Part shown: positions 46,479 through 56,841 of the stretch, piece by piece | Numbering within the stretch: position 1 is the stretch's first letter | Layout of the letters: each line of letters begins with the position of its first letter | Source: an uncultured Nitrososphaerota archaeon | GTDB lineage: Archaea > Thermoproteota > EX4484-205 > JAAOZP01 | Direction of reading: 5' to 3' | Length of the DNA stretch: 64,000 nucleotides | Assembly: GCA_964616835.1 (NCBI GenBank) | Contig: CAZTSG010000001.1 | Location: forward strand, 8,830-72,829 | The notes under the pieces: generated by a model | Seen by the model: the letters and a program-made list of their open reading frames with translations, nothing else | Database searches by the model: none | What the model was told of the DNA's origin: nothing | Position numbers and translations under genes: made by a program

Positions 46479-46907
46479 TTGATTATGGATGCGGTGATAG
46501 AGACGGTTCATGGAAGGGGGCATAGGAACATAAGGGCTACGCACCCGACTACGCTGGCTGTTACTAGAGATGTTGAAGTGGGGAGGACTGGAGACTGTTT
46601 TCTCATCGTCTCCGCAGACAAGTCTCCGCGAACCCTGTCGGAGGATTTTAAAAACGCTGCTAGAAAACCCGTTAAGATAAGCGTTGAAATAATAGTTGGA
46701 GACCTTGTGGACGAGTTCTACTGCTACGGCGACCCTGCTCTTACGTTTAAAGATGATCGTACAATGGTGTTCAGGAAAAGCTCGTACGTTTGCGACAAGA
46801 CTGTCGGAATCAGGAGCAATAAGAGCGCAATAGATATAGACCGAAGAATAGTTGAAAGGTTGAGAAACGGTTGCGAGGCTGTTGTAAAGCTCAGGATCAA
46901 CCCGTGA
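46479..46907 (+). CDS. hypothetical protein (DUF371-like?)
   Basis: 142-aa ORF. Family assignment is from memory only. Confidence 0.3.
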   Translation: MIMDAVIETVHGRGHRNIRATHPTTLAVTRDVEVGRTGDCFLIVSADKSPRTLSEDFKNAARKPVKISVEIIVGDLVDEFYCYGDPALTFKDDRTMVFRKSSYVCDKTVGIRSNKSAIDIDRRIVERLRNGCEAVVKLRINP

Positions 46908-46941
46908 TTGAAGCAGCTCTGCAACAAATGCTAGTGCTAAG

Positions 46942-48069
46942 CTATCTTTCGCGCTCTCCTCTTATAAACTCTTCAAACCTTCTCTTAGCCTCTTCGTAAG
47001 GCATTTGGACCGGAGGATGCTTGAAGCAGTATGCGGACACGCTTATCAAAGGCCCGCTTACACCCCTGTCCAAAGCTACTTTAACCCCTCTTAAAGCGTC
47101 TATTATGACTCCCGCACTATTCGGAGAATCTATTACCGAGAGCTTAAGGTCTATAGTTAGGGGCGCGCCCCCGAAGTATCTTCCTTTAATCCATATGTAG
47201 CATATCTTCTCGTTTTCTAGGAACGGAATATAGTCGCTGGGGCCTATTCTAAGGGGCATCTCGTAGGGAGACATCGCTCTGACTGCTGAGGTCTTGCTTT
47301 CTCTTTTAGAGACGAGCCTCTGCTGCTCCAGCATATTCAGGAAGTCTGTGTCCCCACCTATGTTGAGCTGGTACGACTCATCAACTTTAACCCCTCTGTC
47401 TACAAGCAGTTTGATCAGAGTCTTGTGCAAGACTGTTGCGCCAAGCTGGCTCATCACGTCGTCCCCGGCTATCGGCAACCCTTTTTCCTCGAACCTCTTC
47501 TGCCAATCCTCAGAAGACGCTATGAAAGTCGGCATAGCGTTGATGAATGCTACACCCGCCTCCAAGGCTGATTGAGCATAGAAACGGCTTCCCTTCTCGC
47601 TCCCCACGGGGAGATAGTTTATTAAGACTTCTGCCCCAGAAGACTTCAACTCCTCAACAACGTCAACATCCCTATCTTCAGAGAACCTTATAACCTCCCT
47701 TAAGTATCTGCCCACCCCGTCTAGAACAGGGCCTTTCTTCACGGTTACTCCAAGCTTAGGGACTTCTTGAAACCTGATCGTGTTATTCGGCTTCTCGAAT
47801 ATTGCTTCACTCAAATCCTTACCGACCTTTCTACGGTCAACGTCGAATGCTGCTACAAACTCTATATCCTCCGGTCGGTACCCTCCTACATCGGGGTGTG
47901 CTAATCCTGTTTGCTCCCCCGCCTCTTTATAGTATTGGATCCCTTGGACTAGGGCTGATGCGCAATTACCCACTCCAGCTATTGCTACCTTTATTCTTCC
48001 CAATTCCTGATATGAGAATTGTTTTACCCTTATAAAATTAACTCGATTCACTTCAGTTTTAAACCGCAC
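46942..48069 (-). CDS. ino1: myo-inositol-1-phosphate synthase (archaeal short form)
   Basis: N-terminal Rossmann IAGVGNCASALVQGIQYY characteristic of archaeal MIPS. 375 aa. Confidence 0.8.
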   Translation of the reverse strand: MRFKTEVNRVNFIRVKQFSYQELGRIKVAIAGVGNCASALVQGIQYYKEAGEQTGLAHPDVGGYRPEDIEFVAAFDVDRRKVGKDLSEAIFEKPNNTIRFQEVPKLGVTVKKGPVLDGVGRYLREVIRFSEDRDVDVVEELKSSGAEVLINYLPVGSEKGSRFYAQSALEAGVAFINAMPTFIASSEDWQKRFEEKGLPIAGDDVMSQLGATVLHKTLIKLLVDRGVKVDESYQLNIGGDTDFLNMLEQQRLVSKRESKTSAVRAMSPYEMPLRIGPSDYIPFLENEKICYIWIKGRYFGGAPLTIDLKLSVIDSPNSAGVIIDALRGVKVALDRGVSGPLISVSAYCFKHPPVQMPYEEAKRRFEEFIRGERER

Positions 48070-48542
48070 TTCCTACAGTATCTTATCCCCTCCGTGACAG
48101 GGGCTCCGCACCTTGGGCAGAAGCCGACTACTTCACCCAGCTTCTTAGGCTTCTCCTCCTCTTCCTCCTCCCTGAAGGATTCCTCCGGCGCTTCTTCAAC
48201 AACCTCCTCCGGCGCAGTTTCCTCGTACGCTTGCTCAGTCTCCACTCCGCCCGCCTCCACCTCCTCCTGGACCCCGTAGGAATCCTCTTCGACTCTTTTC
48301 CGAGGAGCCTCTTCAACAGCTTCTGCAGGAATTAGTATTTTCTTCCTCTTCGGTTTAATCAATATCGAAATTATCACCACTATGAAGCCGATCCAGAAAA
48401 GGATGGTTGTAAGCGATATGAACGTGTTTTCACCACCAATATTACTTATTATGGTTTCCCTAATCATTCCCTGAGTGCTTTGAAGATATAGTCCAAGTGC
48501 TATGAGTAACACGCCTACTGCTAAGACGTTCGATTTATTCAA
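48048..48542 (-). CDS. membrane protein with acidic linker and C-terminal zinc ribbon
   Basis: Two N-terminal TM helices, a Glu-rich linker, and a C-terminal CPRCG...CRKCG. Confidence 0.4.
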   Translation of the reverse strand: MNKSNVLAVGVLLIALGLYLQSTQGMIRETIISNIGGENTFISLTTILFWIGFIVVIISILIKPKRKKILIPAEAVEEAPRKRVEEDSYGVQEEVEAGGVETEQAYEETAPEEVVEEAPEESFREEEEEEKPKKLGEVVGFCPRCGAPVTEGIRYCRKCGLKLK

Positions 48543-48615
48543 TTCCCATAGATAACGGGATCAGGTAGTAATTAACTTTTTTCTATAATCACGGCGATGA
48601 CTGGTGGACTGTTTT

Positions 48616-49026
48616 TCAGAGCACGTTTTGACGCCTGATTATGACGAGGCTTATTACAGTCAGGATGATGCAGATTATGCTTAAGATTAGTTCCATCGAA
48701 GAAACCATTCCTTGGGCAATAGCGAAATACAACGGCGGGGAAACTCCGGCAACCCCCATCACTATTCCTGTTAAAAACATGTAGCGCACAGCCCGCTTAA
48801 ATGCTGTATCGGAAATACACCTTACGCATAGGGAGGCGCCTATTAGCGCTCCTGCAACGGTCAAATTGTACGCCTCGCCTGCTGTAAAAATGCTTGTCGA
48901 AAAATATGCTACTGCAAGAATCATCCCCGGCAGTAGGTTGAGCAGCTTGCCTCCTGAGACAAGTTTCTTTTTTGGAGTCGTTTCTCCAGCGTTCTCTTCC
49001 GAGCTCAATACTACGCCCACCTTCAA
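48616..49026 (-). CDS. hypothetical polytopic membrane protein
   Basis: 136 aa, four hydrophobic segments. Confidence 0.35.
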   Translation of the reverse strand: MKVGVVLSSEENAGETTPKKKLVSGGKLLNLLPGMILAVAYFSTSIFTAGEAYNLTVAGALIGASLCVRCISDTAFKRAVRYMFLTGIVMGVAGVSPPLYFAIAQGMVSSMELILSIICIILTVISLVIIRRQNVL

Positions 49027-49043
49027 ACAGCTTTTTAAAAAGG

Positions 49044-50000
49044 TTACGTGCCAATATCTACGGAATTACCGGTTGCGGAGGATTTTAAACTGGCTTCGAT
49101 TATTTTAAGGGCTTCTACAGCATCCTCCTCCCCGGGACTGGGGTTTGCGTCACTAACTATGCATTCTATGAAATGTTTCAACTCGTAACGCAGAGGCTCG
49201 CTCCACTCGGAGAACGGGGTTATCCTATCATCCTTAGAGCTTAGGGTTACTTGCTGCGTAACCAAGTCGGCTTCAACCATTCCTTCAGACCCTATTACTT
49301 CTATGCTCCTTATCTTGTACGGGGTCAGCCAGTTCGCCTTGATTATGGCCATTCTCCCACTGGGGAAGGTTAAGACTATCGTAGCATAGTCCTCGTGAAC
49401 CCTGTGCATGGATCTCCCCGTCTTGGCGTATACCTTAACCGGGTCCTCTGAGAAAAAGTATCTCATCAAATCTATGTCGTGTATTGCAGTATCTAAGAGG
49501 ACTCCTGAATCAGTGATTCTCTCAGGCCACCTTCTGACTCTTGTTGCTGAAGCCATGATCACCTCGCCCAGAGCCCCTTCCTCAATGTATCTCTTGACCA
49601 TTCTCGCAGCAGGGTTGAACCTTTCAATAAACCCGACCATAATCTTAACTTTTCTGTTTTTCAGAAAGCTGATGAGTTCAAGCGCGTCCTTTACGGTTGG
49701 TGTGAAAGGTTTCTCGACGAGAAGGTGCTTCACGTTTTTCAATGCTAGCTGCATCGCCACCTCCTTGTGCGTGGAAGTTGGCGTGGAAACAACTGCTCCG
49801 TCATACATGTTTTCAGGAATCTCGGAGACATCTACGTAATAAGGGACGTTGTAAAGCTTACCGTAGGCGCTAGCTCTCTCCCTATCTATGTCGCACACGC
49901 CTCCGAGGCTCCCGAGTTCTGCAAGAACCCTTACATGATTTTTCCCGAAGCCTCCTGCCCCAACGACTATGATGCTTGGCTTTCCCACCATGCTTAACAC
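49044..50000 (-). CDS. Gfo/Idh/MocA family NAD(P)-dependent oxidoreductase
   Basis: N-terminal Rossmann IIVVGAGGFGKNHVRVL. 318 aa, with the C-terminal alpha/beta domain typical of the family. Confidence 0.7.
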   Translation of the reverse strand: MLSMVGKPSIIVVGAGGFGKNHVRVLAELGSLGGVCDIDRERASAYGKLYNVPYYVDVSEIPENMYDGAVVSTPTSTHKEVAMQLALKNVKHLLVEKPFTPTVKDALELISFLKNRKVKIMVGFIERFNPAARMVKRYIEEGALGEVIMASATRVRRWPERITDSGVLLDTAIHDIDLMRYFFSEDPVKVYAKTGRSMHRVHEDYATIVLTFPSGRMAIIKANWLTPYKIRSIEVIGSEGMVEADLVTQQVTLSSKDDRITPFSEWSEPLRYELKHFIECIVSDANPSPGEEDAVEALKIIEASLKSSATGNSVDIGT

Positions 50001-50012
50001 TCCCCGTTATTT

Positions 50013-52466
50013 TCACATGAAGTCTTTAAGCTTTAGGCTCTTCCTAGGAGGCTCTATCTCTATACCCAGCGGGTCGAGAACCTGTTCGAAAGTAGCTTTC
50101 ATGACTTCCAGATACTTATCCAAGTCTATCTCTTCTATCCGAGCTAGTTTAACAGGCTTAACGCCGTTCTTAACCTTAACGTAGGATATTATGTCGCCAG
50201 CCCTAGCTTTGACTCCCAACTCCCTCTCAAGCTGTTTCGCTGCTTTAACGTGTTGCGGCGTGCTCTTCTCATAGTCGTTTAAAGGCTTGCTTAGCATTAC
50301 GTCGAAAGCAAGCTCCTCGAGGCTAAGCTGCCGGTTGACAAGCTTCTCAACATACTCGTTTATCATGTTCTTTATGCTGGCGACAGCCGTGTTAAACTCC
50401 TCCTCGTTCCTAACCTTGCTGAGCACGTTAATCATATCGTGAAAAGCCTGTTTCACGAACTTTGGTGTTGAGCTCTTCTTCCCGACAAGACCCTTTATAT
50501 CTACATTGCCGTCCTCAGTAACTCCCAAATAGTTCTTCTTACGCTGGCTGAAAACCCCATACCTGTAAACCTTGTCGATGTTAAGCTCAATATTATATTT
50601 TTTCCTCACGAATTCGATGAGCTTCTCAACCTCCTCGGGCTTGGGGTCTCTCAGGAAGATGGAATCAGTATCTCCGTAGACGACCTCTATGCCAAGGTTG
50701 TTCGCCGTTTCAACAAGCTCGGTGAAGATCCCCCTACCTATCCAGGTTACTGTCTCGGCTGCTGAAGGAGCGTAGAAATGAAAAGTGTCTGCTCCCATAA
50801 CTCCGTAACTAGCGTTTATGAAAACCTTTATCGCCCTCTGTACAACGTCGTAGAAAGCACGCTTCTCCACGGTTTCAGCCTTCTTGGAAAGGGGCTGGTA
50901 GTATTTTACACGGAGCTCTCTCAAGGCGCCTATTATGGAGCTCTCTATGCCTCTTCTCTTCACGCATATCCAGTGCGGAGAATTCATTGGAGTATTGCTT
51001 TTACACTCTTCATGCCTACACCTGACGGTCTCGTAACTTATGTTGAAATTCATTATTATGCTCGGATATAGGGATGCGAAGTCAAGTATCACTAGGTTAA
51101 AGTACAGTCCCGGCTTTGGCTCAAGCACTATCGCCCCTCTATACTTCTTACCCTTTATGATTGCTTCGGACTTCTTCTCGCTCTTGAGCTGTAAAATATC
51201 CTCCTGCCTCGGTATCAGGTAATTGTTTCTCCTATGTAAACTTAAGAGCATGCTTTTAATCCACGTGGAGACACCGTGCCTGACAACATCCTCCATGGGC
51301 AGCCTGCTTATCCTCATGAAGAGTATGAGGAGCTTGAGTAGAAGATAGTCCCTATTGGCGATCAAGTCGAAGGTTATCTCAGCGTCTCTGAAACAGTATT
51401 CAGCAAGCTCCCTCGGCTTCAGCATCCAAATATCTTCAGTCAGAGCTATCTTCCCCTTGCCGAGTAAAGCCCTGCCTATGGCGTCTAAGGTCACCTCCTT
51501 GTAAATACCTCCGTAAGCGTAGTTTTGTATCGATTTGTTGAAGAAAACCCTGTAAAGGTCTATGTGAACCCCTTCGGTGAGGTCGACATAGTCCTTGCCT
51601 TTTTCCAATGGGGCTTCCTCGTCTAGCGATAGCTTGCTAGCCCTATTGTACAGGTAGAGAAGGTCGAATTTATCGCCGTTGAAGGTCACTAGGAACGGGT
51701 ATTTCCTTATTTCCTTAAACACTTCTTTCAAAAGTTTCTCTTCGCTTGAAACATGGATTATTTTCTTAACCCCGTCGTACTCCTCCCCGTCGAAATCGTC
51801 AAGAACATAAACCTTGTTTTCCCCCGCGTTGGATTTGAAGGCGACGGAAATTATCGGGTCCTCCGCCTTACTAGCATCAGGAACATGATTGGGGCCGGGG
51901 GGCTTTACTTCTATGTCGAGTGAGGAAAGCTTCATGAAAGGTATCGGCTGGTTCAGCATCTCGATGAGTTCTCTCATCTCCGGGTATTCGGATTCTGGCG
52001 GCTTGACAGCTTCCTCAAGCGTCGTTTCCAAACGTCTTTCAACAAGCTTCCCATCTACTATGTCGTAATAGAACCCCGGCTTCTTGTCAGTATCGTATAT
52101 GTAGCACCAGGTGTAGTGAATATCCGCTTCCCAAGCTCTCCCCAATATCTCCCTTATCGAGGTTGCGGACCCTCCTATGGACAAAGGGTCCTTTGCAACG
52201 ACTTTTCTGAAAACCCTCTCCCTATCTTCCAGCAGATCATACTTCTTAACTTCCTCAATCCTATCAAAGCCGTGATGATTAATCAACTGCTGGTTGCTCA
52301 TCAATTCCTCTATGCTTAAATCGGTTAGCAAATACGGCTGATGAGCCTCGTTAGACGGGATAATCACCATCTCCCGCTTCTCCGGATCGTATAGTTTAAG
52401 CAAAACCCTTCTGTTGTCTCCATCGTAGGAGGCGGAGACTAGTATCAGCCCCTTCCTTTCTTCCAT
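50013..52466 (-). CDS. polB: DNA polymerase, family B
   Basis: 817 aa. Exo I region LDIEV, motif B KVFINASYGVMG (KxxxNSxYG), motif C VVYGDTDSIFL. No intein-sized insert. Confidence 0.85.
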   Translation of the reverse strand: MEERKGLILVSASYDGDNRRVLLKLYDPEKREMVIIPSNEAHQPYLLTDLSIEELMSNQQLINHHGFDRIEEVKKYDLLEDRERVFRKVVAKDPLSIGGSATSIREILGRAWEADIHYTWCYIYDTDKKPGFYYDIVDGKLVERRLETTLEEAVKPPESEYPEMRELIEMLNQPIPFMKLSSLDIEVKPPGPNHVPDASKAEDPIISVAFKSNAGENKVYVLDDFDGEEYDGVKKIIHVSSEEKLLKEVFKEIRKYPFLVTFNGDKFDLLYLYNRASKLSLDEEAPLEKGKDYVDLTEGVHIDLYRVFFNKSIQNYAYGGIYKEVTLDAIGRALLGKGKIALTEDIWMLKPRELAEYCFRDAEITFDLIANRDYLLLKLLILFMRISRLPMEDVVRHGVSTWIKSMLLSLHRRNNYLIPRQEDILQLKSEKKSEAIIKGKKYRGAIVLEPKPGLYFNLVILDFASLYPSIIMNFNISYETVRCRHEECKSNTPMNSPHWICVKRRGIESSIIGALRELRVKYYQPLSKKAETVEKRAFYDVVQRAIKVFINASYGVMGADTFHFYAPSAAETVTWIGRGIFTELVETANNLGIEVVYGDTDSIFLRDPKPEEVEKLIEFVRKKYNIELNIDKVYRYGVFSQRKKNYLGVTEDGNVDIKGLVGKKSSTPKFVKQAFHDMINVLSKVRNEEEFNTAVASIKNMINEYVEKLVNRQLSLEELAFDVMLSKPLNDYEKSTPQHVKAAKQLERELGVKARAGDIISYVKVKNGVKPVKLARIEEIDLDKYLEVMKATFEQVLDPLGIEIEPPRKSLKLKDFM

Positions 52467-52548
52467 TTCTCTTTTCTTACTCGACGTTGATTCTCATTCT
52501 CGCTATATAGGTTTATCTCCTTGGGTTAGGAACAAATACTGTAGGATT

Positions 52549-52869
52549 ATGCCGGTAAAAGAGTATAAAACAAGATACGTAGTGTTCGAGGTTAAGAACC
52601 GCGAGGAATTGATTAAGACGCTTAAAAACGCTCAAAACACCCAGCCGGGCTTCCGTTTTAAAATAGTCCGCGAGTACGACGGGCTCGTTGTCGTAAAGTG
52701 CCCGCACAAGGCTGTTCCGATTCTCAGAGAAATAGTGGACAGCCTTGTTAAACCCCCGCTCACTCCAAGTTTGAGAATAATAGGTGTCTCGGGCACCTTG
52801 AGGAAGGCTGTCAACAAATTCTGTATTACGAGGATTCCGCAGGGCAAAGATTATAAGGCTTGGGAATAA
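52549..52869 (+). CDS. RNase P protein component Pop5 (Rpp14-like)
   Basis: 106 aa, KTRYVVFEV...GLVVVKCPH pattern. Conserved position immediately upstream of psmA in the archaeal exosome superoperon. Confidence 0.55.
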   Translation: MPVKEYKTRYVVFEVKNREELIKTLKNAQNTQPGFRFKIVREYDGLVVVKCPHKAVPILREIVDSLVKPPLTPSLRIIGVSGTLRKAVNKFCITRIPQGKDYKAWE

Positions 52870-52884
52870 TAACTTGAAAGAGTC

Positions 52885-53589
52885 ATGATACCCGGTTACG
52901 AGCGGATATACGGTTTCTCGCCCGACGGAAGGATTCTCCAAGTAGACTACGCTATGGTTATGGTTAACAATAGTCCTACGGCATGGGGTATTCAGGTAGA
53001 GGAGGGTATTGTGCTCGCAGGCATAGAGAAGAGGATAGATATGCTTCAGGACAGGACTTTCAGCCAGAAGCTCTTTCAGATAGATGAGCACATAGCAACT
53101 GTTGTGGCAGGCTTTAACTCCGATGCTAGGCTTCTCGTGGAATACGCTAGGAACGAGGCGCAGGTGAACAGGCTCCTGTACGATGAGCCTATGGACGTGG
53201 AGTATCTTGTGAGGAAGCTGAGCAATACTGTTCAAGCGTATACTCAGCACGCTGGAATGAGGCCATTCGGCATTTCGATGCTCATAGGCGGTGTCGACAT
53301 GCTTGGCGCCAGCCTCTACCAGTTAGACCCCACTGGTATATACTTCAAGTATTTCGCGTCGGCAATCGGCATTGGCAGAGAGGACATACTCAAATACTTT
53401 AGGAACAACTACTCGATAAACGCAAGCCTGGAAGAGGCTATAACAATGGGTATTAAGGGCAGTATCGAGGTTTTGAAAGAGGAAGTGGCTCCTGATAGGC
53501 TTAGGATTGGAATAATCAGGACGGATGACAAGAAGTTCAGGGTACTGAGCTATGATGAAGTGAGGAAATATTACGAGAAAGCGAAGTAG
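52885..53589 (+). CDS. psmA: proteasome subunit alpha
   Basis: N-terminal YERIYGFSPDGRILQVDYA alpha-subunit signature. 234 aa. Confidence 0.9.
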   Translation: MIPGYERIYGFSPDGRILQVDYAMVMVNNSPTAWGIQVEEGIVLAGIEKRIDMLQDRTFSQKLFQIDEHIATVVAGFNSDARLLVEYARNEAQVNRLLYDEPMDVEYLVRKLSNTVQAYTQHAGMRPFGISMLIGGVDMLGASLYQLDPTGIYFKYFASAIGIGREDILKYFRNNYSINASLEEAITMGIKGSIEVLKEEVAPDRLRIGIIRTDDKKFRVLSYDEVRKYYEKAK

Positions 53590-53596
53590 ATGAGAA

Positions 53597-54286
53597 TTGA
53601 GCAGGCCTTCAACCATAAGCAGGCTTTCACTGAAGGGCGAGAAGTTTGAGATAATCGTTGCTCCAGACCCCGCGTTAAACTTCAAGCTTACTGGTAAGGG
53701 GGACATAAGGAAGATCCTTTTGGTGGACGAGGTCTACTCAGACTCTAAGAAGGGGCTCCGAGTGTCTTCGGAGAAACTTAGGAAATTCTTCGGGACAACC
53801 GATGTTTTCAAGATAGCTGAGAAAATCCTCCTCGAGGGCGAGCTCCAGCTCACGAGCGAGCAGAGACGTAGGATGATTGAGAGCAAGAGGCAGCGGATAA
53901 TAGCAATACTCTCCAAGATTCTTATAGACCCTTCTCTCGGGAACCCGATTCCCTCGCTTAGGATTGAGCAGGCTCTCAACCAGGTTGGTGTCTCGATAGA
54001 CCCTCTCAAACCCTCGGAGGAGCAGGTTAAGAACGTTGTTAAAGCTTTGAGGCAAATGTTGCAGTTTAAGGTTAACGAGGTTTCTCTGACACTAACCTGC
54101 CAACAGGAGGAGTCTACTGACTTATATGGCTTCGTAAACTCCTTCGGCGAAGTGGACCAGACTAAGACTCAGAAGGATAAGAGTGTGAAGCTAATGGCCA
54201 GAATACCGGCTGTCCTCACGTCGTATTTCCTTGAAAAACTGAACAGTAAATACGGGGACCGGGTAAAAGTTGATATAGGGGCGTGA
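53597..54286 (+). CDS. sdo1: SBDS/Sdo1 family ribosome maturation protein
   Basis: 229 aa; FYSH-like N-terminal domain LKGEKFEIIVAPD. Conserved superoperon position. Confidence 0.75.
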   Translation: MSRPSTISRLSLKGEKFEIIVAPDPALNFKLTGKGDIRKILLVDEVYSDSKKGLRVSSEKLRKFFGTTDVFKIAEKILLEGELQLTSEQRRRMIESKRQRIIAILSKILIDPSLGNPIPSLRIEQALNQVGVSIDPLKPSEEQVKNVVKALRQMLQFKVNEVSLTLTCQQEESTDLYGFVNSFGEVDQTKTQKDKSVKLMARIPAVLTSYFLEKLNSKYGDRVKVDIGA

Positions 54287-54332
54287 GGGCAGGCTTAACA
54301 CGCTAAGGAATGCTGTTTAAGGAGGATTAGAA

Positions 54333-55031
54333 TTGTCACAGGGTAATGAGCAACAGAGGCAGAGGCCTATAGTTGTTCCGGGAGAGCCCTTAGGGGATAG
54401 TAAGTTCTATATCCCGGGTATGAATACGCTGAAAATCTCAGACAGGTTTTTCGCAACCACTGTTGGAATAGTCAGGGTAGATGGGAAGCGTTTAGACGTT
54501 ATATCGTTAAAATCTTTCTACCAGCCTAGGATAGGGGACCTTGTAATCGGGATTGTTAAGGAGCCTAATGTAGCAGGCTGGACCGTTGATATAAACTCTC
54601 CTTTCCTCGCCTTCCTACCCCTCTCGGAGTATCCTGAGAAGAGAATACGTTTGTCAAGGGATAATATAAGTAGGATTCTGGAGACCGGGACAGTTATAAC
54701 AGGGGTCATAAAGGACGCGTCAATATTCTCCTCTCCAGTAATAACGTTGAAGGGTAAGGGGCTTGGAGTTGTCTCAAGCGGCACCCTGCTGAACATAACT
54801 GCTTCTAAAGTACCCCGTCTAATAGGTAAGAAGGGCTCTATGCTGTCTGTTATAGAGCGGGCAACCGGAGTTAGGCTTACAGTGGGCCAGAACGGTCGTA
54901 TAATAGTGCATTCTGAAGACAGCGATATTATCGCCAAGATCAGGAATGTGATAGAAATGGTTGAGAGGGAATCACATATATACGGGCTGACGGAGAGGGT
55001 TGAGGCATTGCTAGTGGGAAGGAAGTCGTAG
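54333..55031 (+). CDS. rrp4: exosome complex RNA-binding protein Rrp4 (S1 + KH)
   Basis: 232 aa with N-terminal domain, S1 and KH regions. Precedes rrp41. Confidence 0.8.
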   Translation: MSQGNEQQRQRPIVVPGEPLGDSKFYIPGMNTLKISDRFFATTVGIVRVDGKRLDVISLKSFYQPRIGDLVIGIVKEPNVAGWTVDINSPFLAFLPLSEYPEKRIRLSRDNISRILETGTVITGVIKDASIFSSPVITLKGKGLGVVSSGTLLNITASKVPRLIGKKGSMLSVIERATGVRLTVGQNGRIIVHSEDSDIIAKIRNVIEMVERESHIYGLTERVEALLVGRKS

Positions 55032-55035
55032 AAAC

Positions 55036-55764
55036 ATGGGGGAAAAGATAAGTCTGTTTAAGGAAGACGGTAGGAGGACGGACGGTAGGGCTCCGGATGA
55101 GCTTAGGCCGATTAAGATTAAGGTAGGCGTATTATCCAATGCTCAAGGCTCCGCCTACATCGAGCAGGGTAAGAACAAGATACTTGCAGCAGTCTACGGC
55201 CCTAAGGAAGCGCTTCCAAAGCACATTTCACTACCAGACAGGTGTATCCTAAGATGCAGGTATCATATGGCTCCTTTCTCAACACCCGAGAGGAAGAGCC
55301 CTGCCCCCAGCAGGAGGGAAATAGAGCTTTCAATGGTTATTAGAAATGCTCTTGAACCGCTTGTCATGACTTCCCTCTTCCCCAGGACTGTGATAGACAT
55401 TTTCATAGAGGTTCTGCAGGCTGACGGGGGCACTCGCTGCGCCGGGTTGACGGCAGCAGTCCTAGCACTCGCAGACGCTGGCATACCTTTGAGAGGGCTG
55501 ACTGCAGCCTGTGCAGTTGGAAAGGCTGAGGGCAAGGTGATAGTGGACCTTAACGATATCGAGGACAAGTATGGCGAGGCTGATATGCCCATAGCTTACA
55601 ATCCGACCCTAGACGGGATCACATTGATTCAGATGGACGGTATAATGTCGAAGGAGGAGATTGAGCAAGCGCTATCCTTAGCTATAACTGCTACTCAAAA
55701 AATTCACAAGATGCAAGTTGACGCGTTGAAAGAGAGGTTTTCGCTTTCACGGAGGGAGGTTTAA
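55036..55764 (+). CDS. rrp41: exosome complex exonuclease Rrp41 (RNase PH family)
   Basis: RTDGRAPDELRPIKIKVGVLSNAQGSAYIEQG RNase PH motif. 242 aa. Confidence 0.85.
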   Translation: MGEKISLFKEDGRRTDGRAPDELRPIKIKVGVLSNAQGSAYIEQGKNKILAAVYGPKEALPKHISLPDRCILRCRYHMAPFSTPERKSPAPSRREIELSMVIRNALEPLVMTSLFPRTVIDIFIEVLQADGGTRCAGLTAAVLALADAGIPLRGLTAACAVGKAEGKVIVDLNDIEDKYGEADMPIAYNPTLDGITLIQMDGIMSKEEIEQALSLAITATQKIHKMQVDALKERFSLSRREV

Positions 55765-56588
55765 TGTCGGTGACTGAGCAGAGGCCGATTATCTCTAAGC
55801 TCGAGAAACAGGAGCTTTACCGCCTCCTAGCTGAGGGTAAGAGGGTTGACGGTCGGAGCCTCTTCCAACACAGGAATCTAAGCGTGCAACTCGGGTACAT
55901 TGAGAAGGCAGAGGGCTCGGCGCTTGTGGAGCTTGGCAACACTAAGATTCTGGCTGCTGTTAAAGTTGGCGTGGCACTGCCTTTTGCAGACACTCCTAAC
56001 GAGGGTATTTTGATCGTGAACGCTGAACTCGTTCCCCTAGCATCCCCCGTTTTCGAACCGGGTCCCCCATCGGAGGAGTCTATTTCTCTAGCGCGGTACG
56101 TTGACAGGAGCATCAGGGAATCTAAGACTGTTGACCTTTCTTCACTATGCATAGTTCCAGGCAGGTCTGTTTACTCACTGTACATCGACCTCTATATTCT
56201 TGACTACGACGGTAATCTGATAGATGCTTCAGTAATAGCGAGCGTAAACGCTCTCGGTACTACGATGCTTCCTAAGTATAGTGTGGAAGGGCAGAACATT
56301 AAAAAGCTTGACGAAAGCTTTAAGCTTGAGCTTAAGGATTACCCTGTCTCACTGACGTACGCGTTTCTCGGCGACAAGTATGTTGTTGACCCCTGTCTGA
56401 ACGAGGAGTATGCCTCTGACTTCACCGTCTCAATAACGGTTAAGTCCGATGACAGGTTCTGCGCAATACAGAAGAACGGCGGGGGGATGCTTTCTCCCAA
56501 GAGCTTTCTAGACCTCTTGGAGAAATCCATAACGCTGGGGAAAGAGTTAAGAAGAGTAGCGTACAGCCAGCTCGTTAAAAATGACTAA
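55764..56588 (+). CDS. rrp42: exosome complex subunit Rrp42 (RNase PH-like, inactive)
   Basis: 274-aa RNase PH-like fold. Start overlaps the rrp41 stop. Confidence 0.8.
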   Translation: MSVTEQRPIISKLEKQELYRLLAEGKRVDGRSLFQHRNLSVQLGYIEKAEGSALVELGNTKILAAVKVGVALPFADTPNEGILIVNAELVPLASPVFEPGPPSEESISLARYVDRSIRESKTVDLSSLCIVPGRSVYSLYIDLYILDYDGNLIDASVIASVNALGTTMLPKYSVEGQNIKKLDESFKLELKDYPVSLTYAFLGDKYVVDPCLNEEYASDFTVSITVKSDDRFCAIQKNGGGMLSPKSFLDLLEKSITLGKELRRVAYSQLVKND

Positions 56589-56841
56589 GAGAAGGAAGGA
56601 ATCCGGAGCCTTAGGAGTGAAATACGGCTTCTCCCTCAGAGAGAGATACATGCAGGTTTTAAAGAGGAGGAGGGCGGTTTACAACTGCCCCAGGTGTGGA
56701 ACAGGGATTCTTAAGAGGCTTAGCGTAGGTGTCTGGAGCTGCAGGAAATGCGAATACACTTTTGCAGGAGGAGCGTACGAGCCCTCTACTAAAATAGGCG
56801 AGGCCGCTGCAAGGGCTGCGGGCGTCAAGACTGTGCTTTAG
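56581..56841 (+). CDS. rpl37ae: 50S ribosomal protein L37ae (L43e)
   Basis: C4 zinc ribbon CPRCG...CRKCEYTFAGGAY. 86 aa. Confidence 0.85.
   Translation: MTKRRKESGALGVKYGFSLRERYMQVLKRRRAVYNCPRCGTGILKRLSVGVWSCRKCEYTFAGGAYEPSTKIGEAAARAAGVKTVL

Noticed and set aside
52513-53250. 245-aa minus-strand ORF
   Set aside because: It overlaps both pop5 and psmA, which have clear family signatures on the plus strand. It is an antisense shadow frame.
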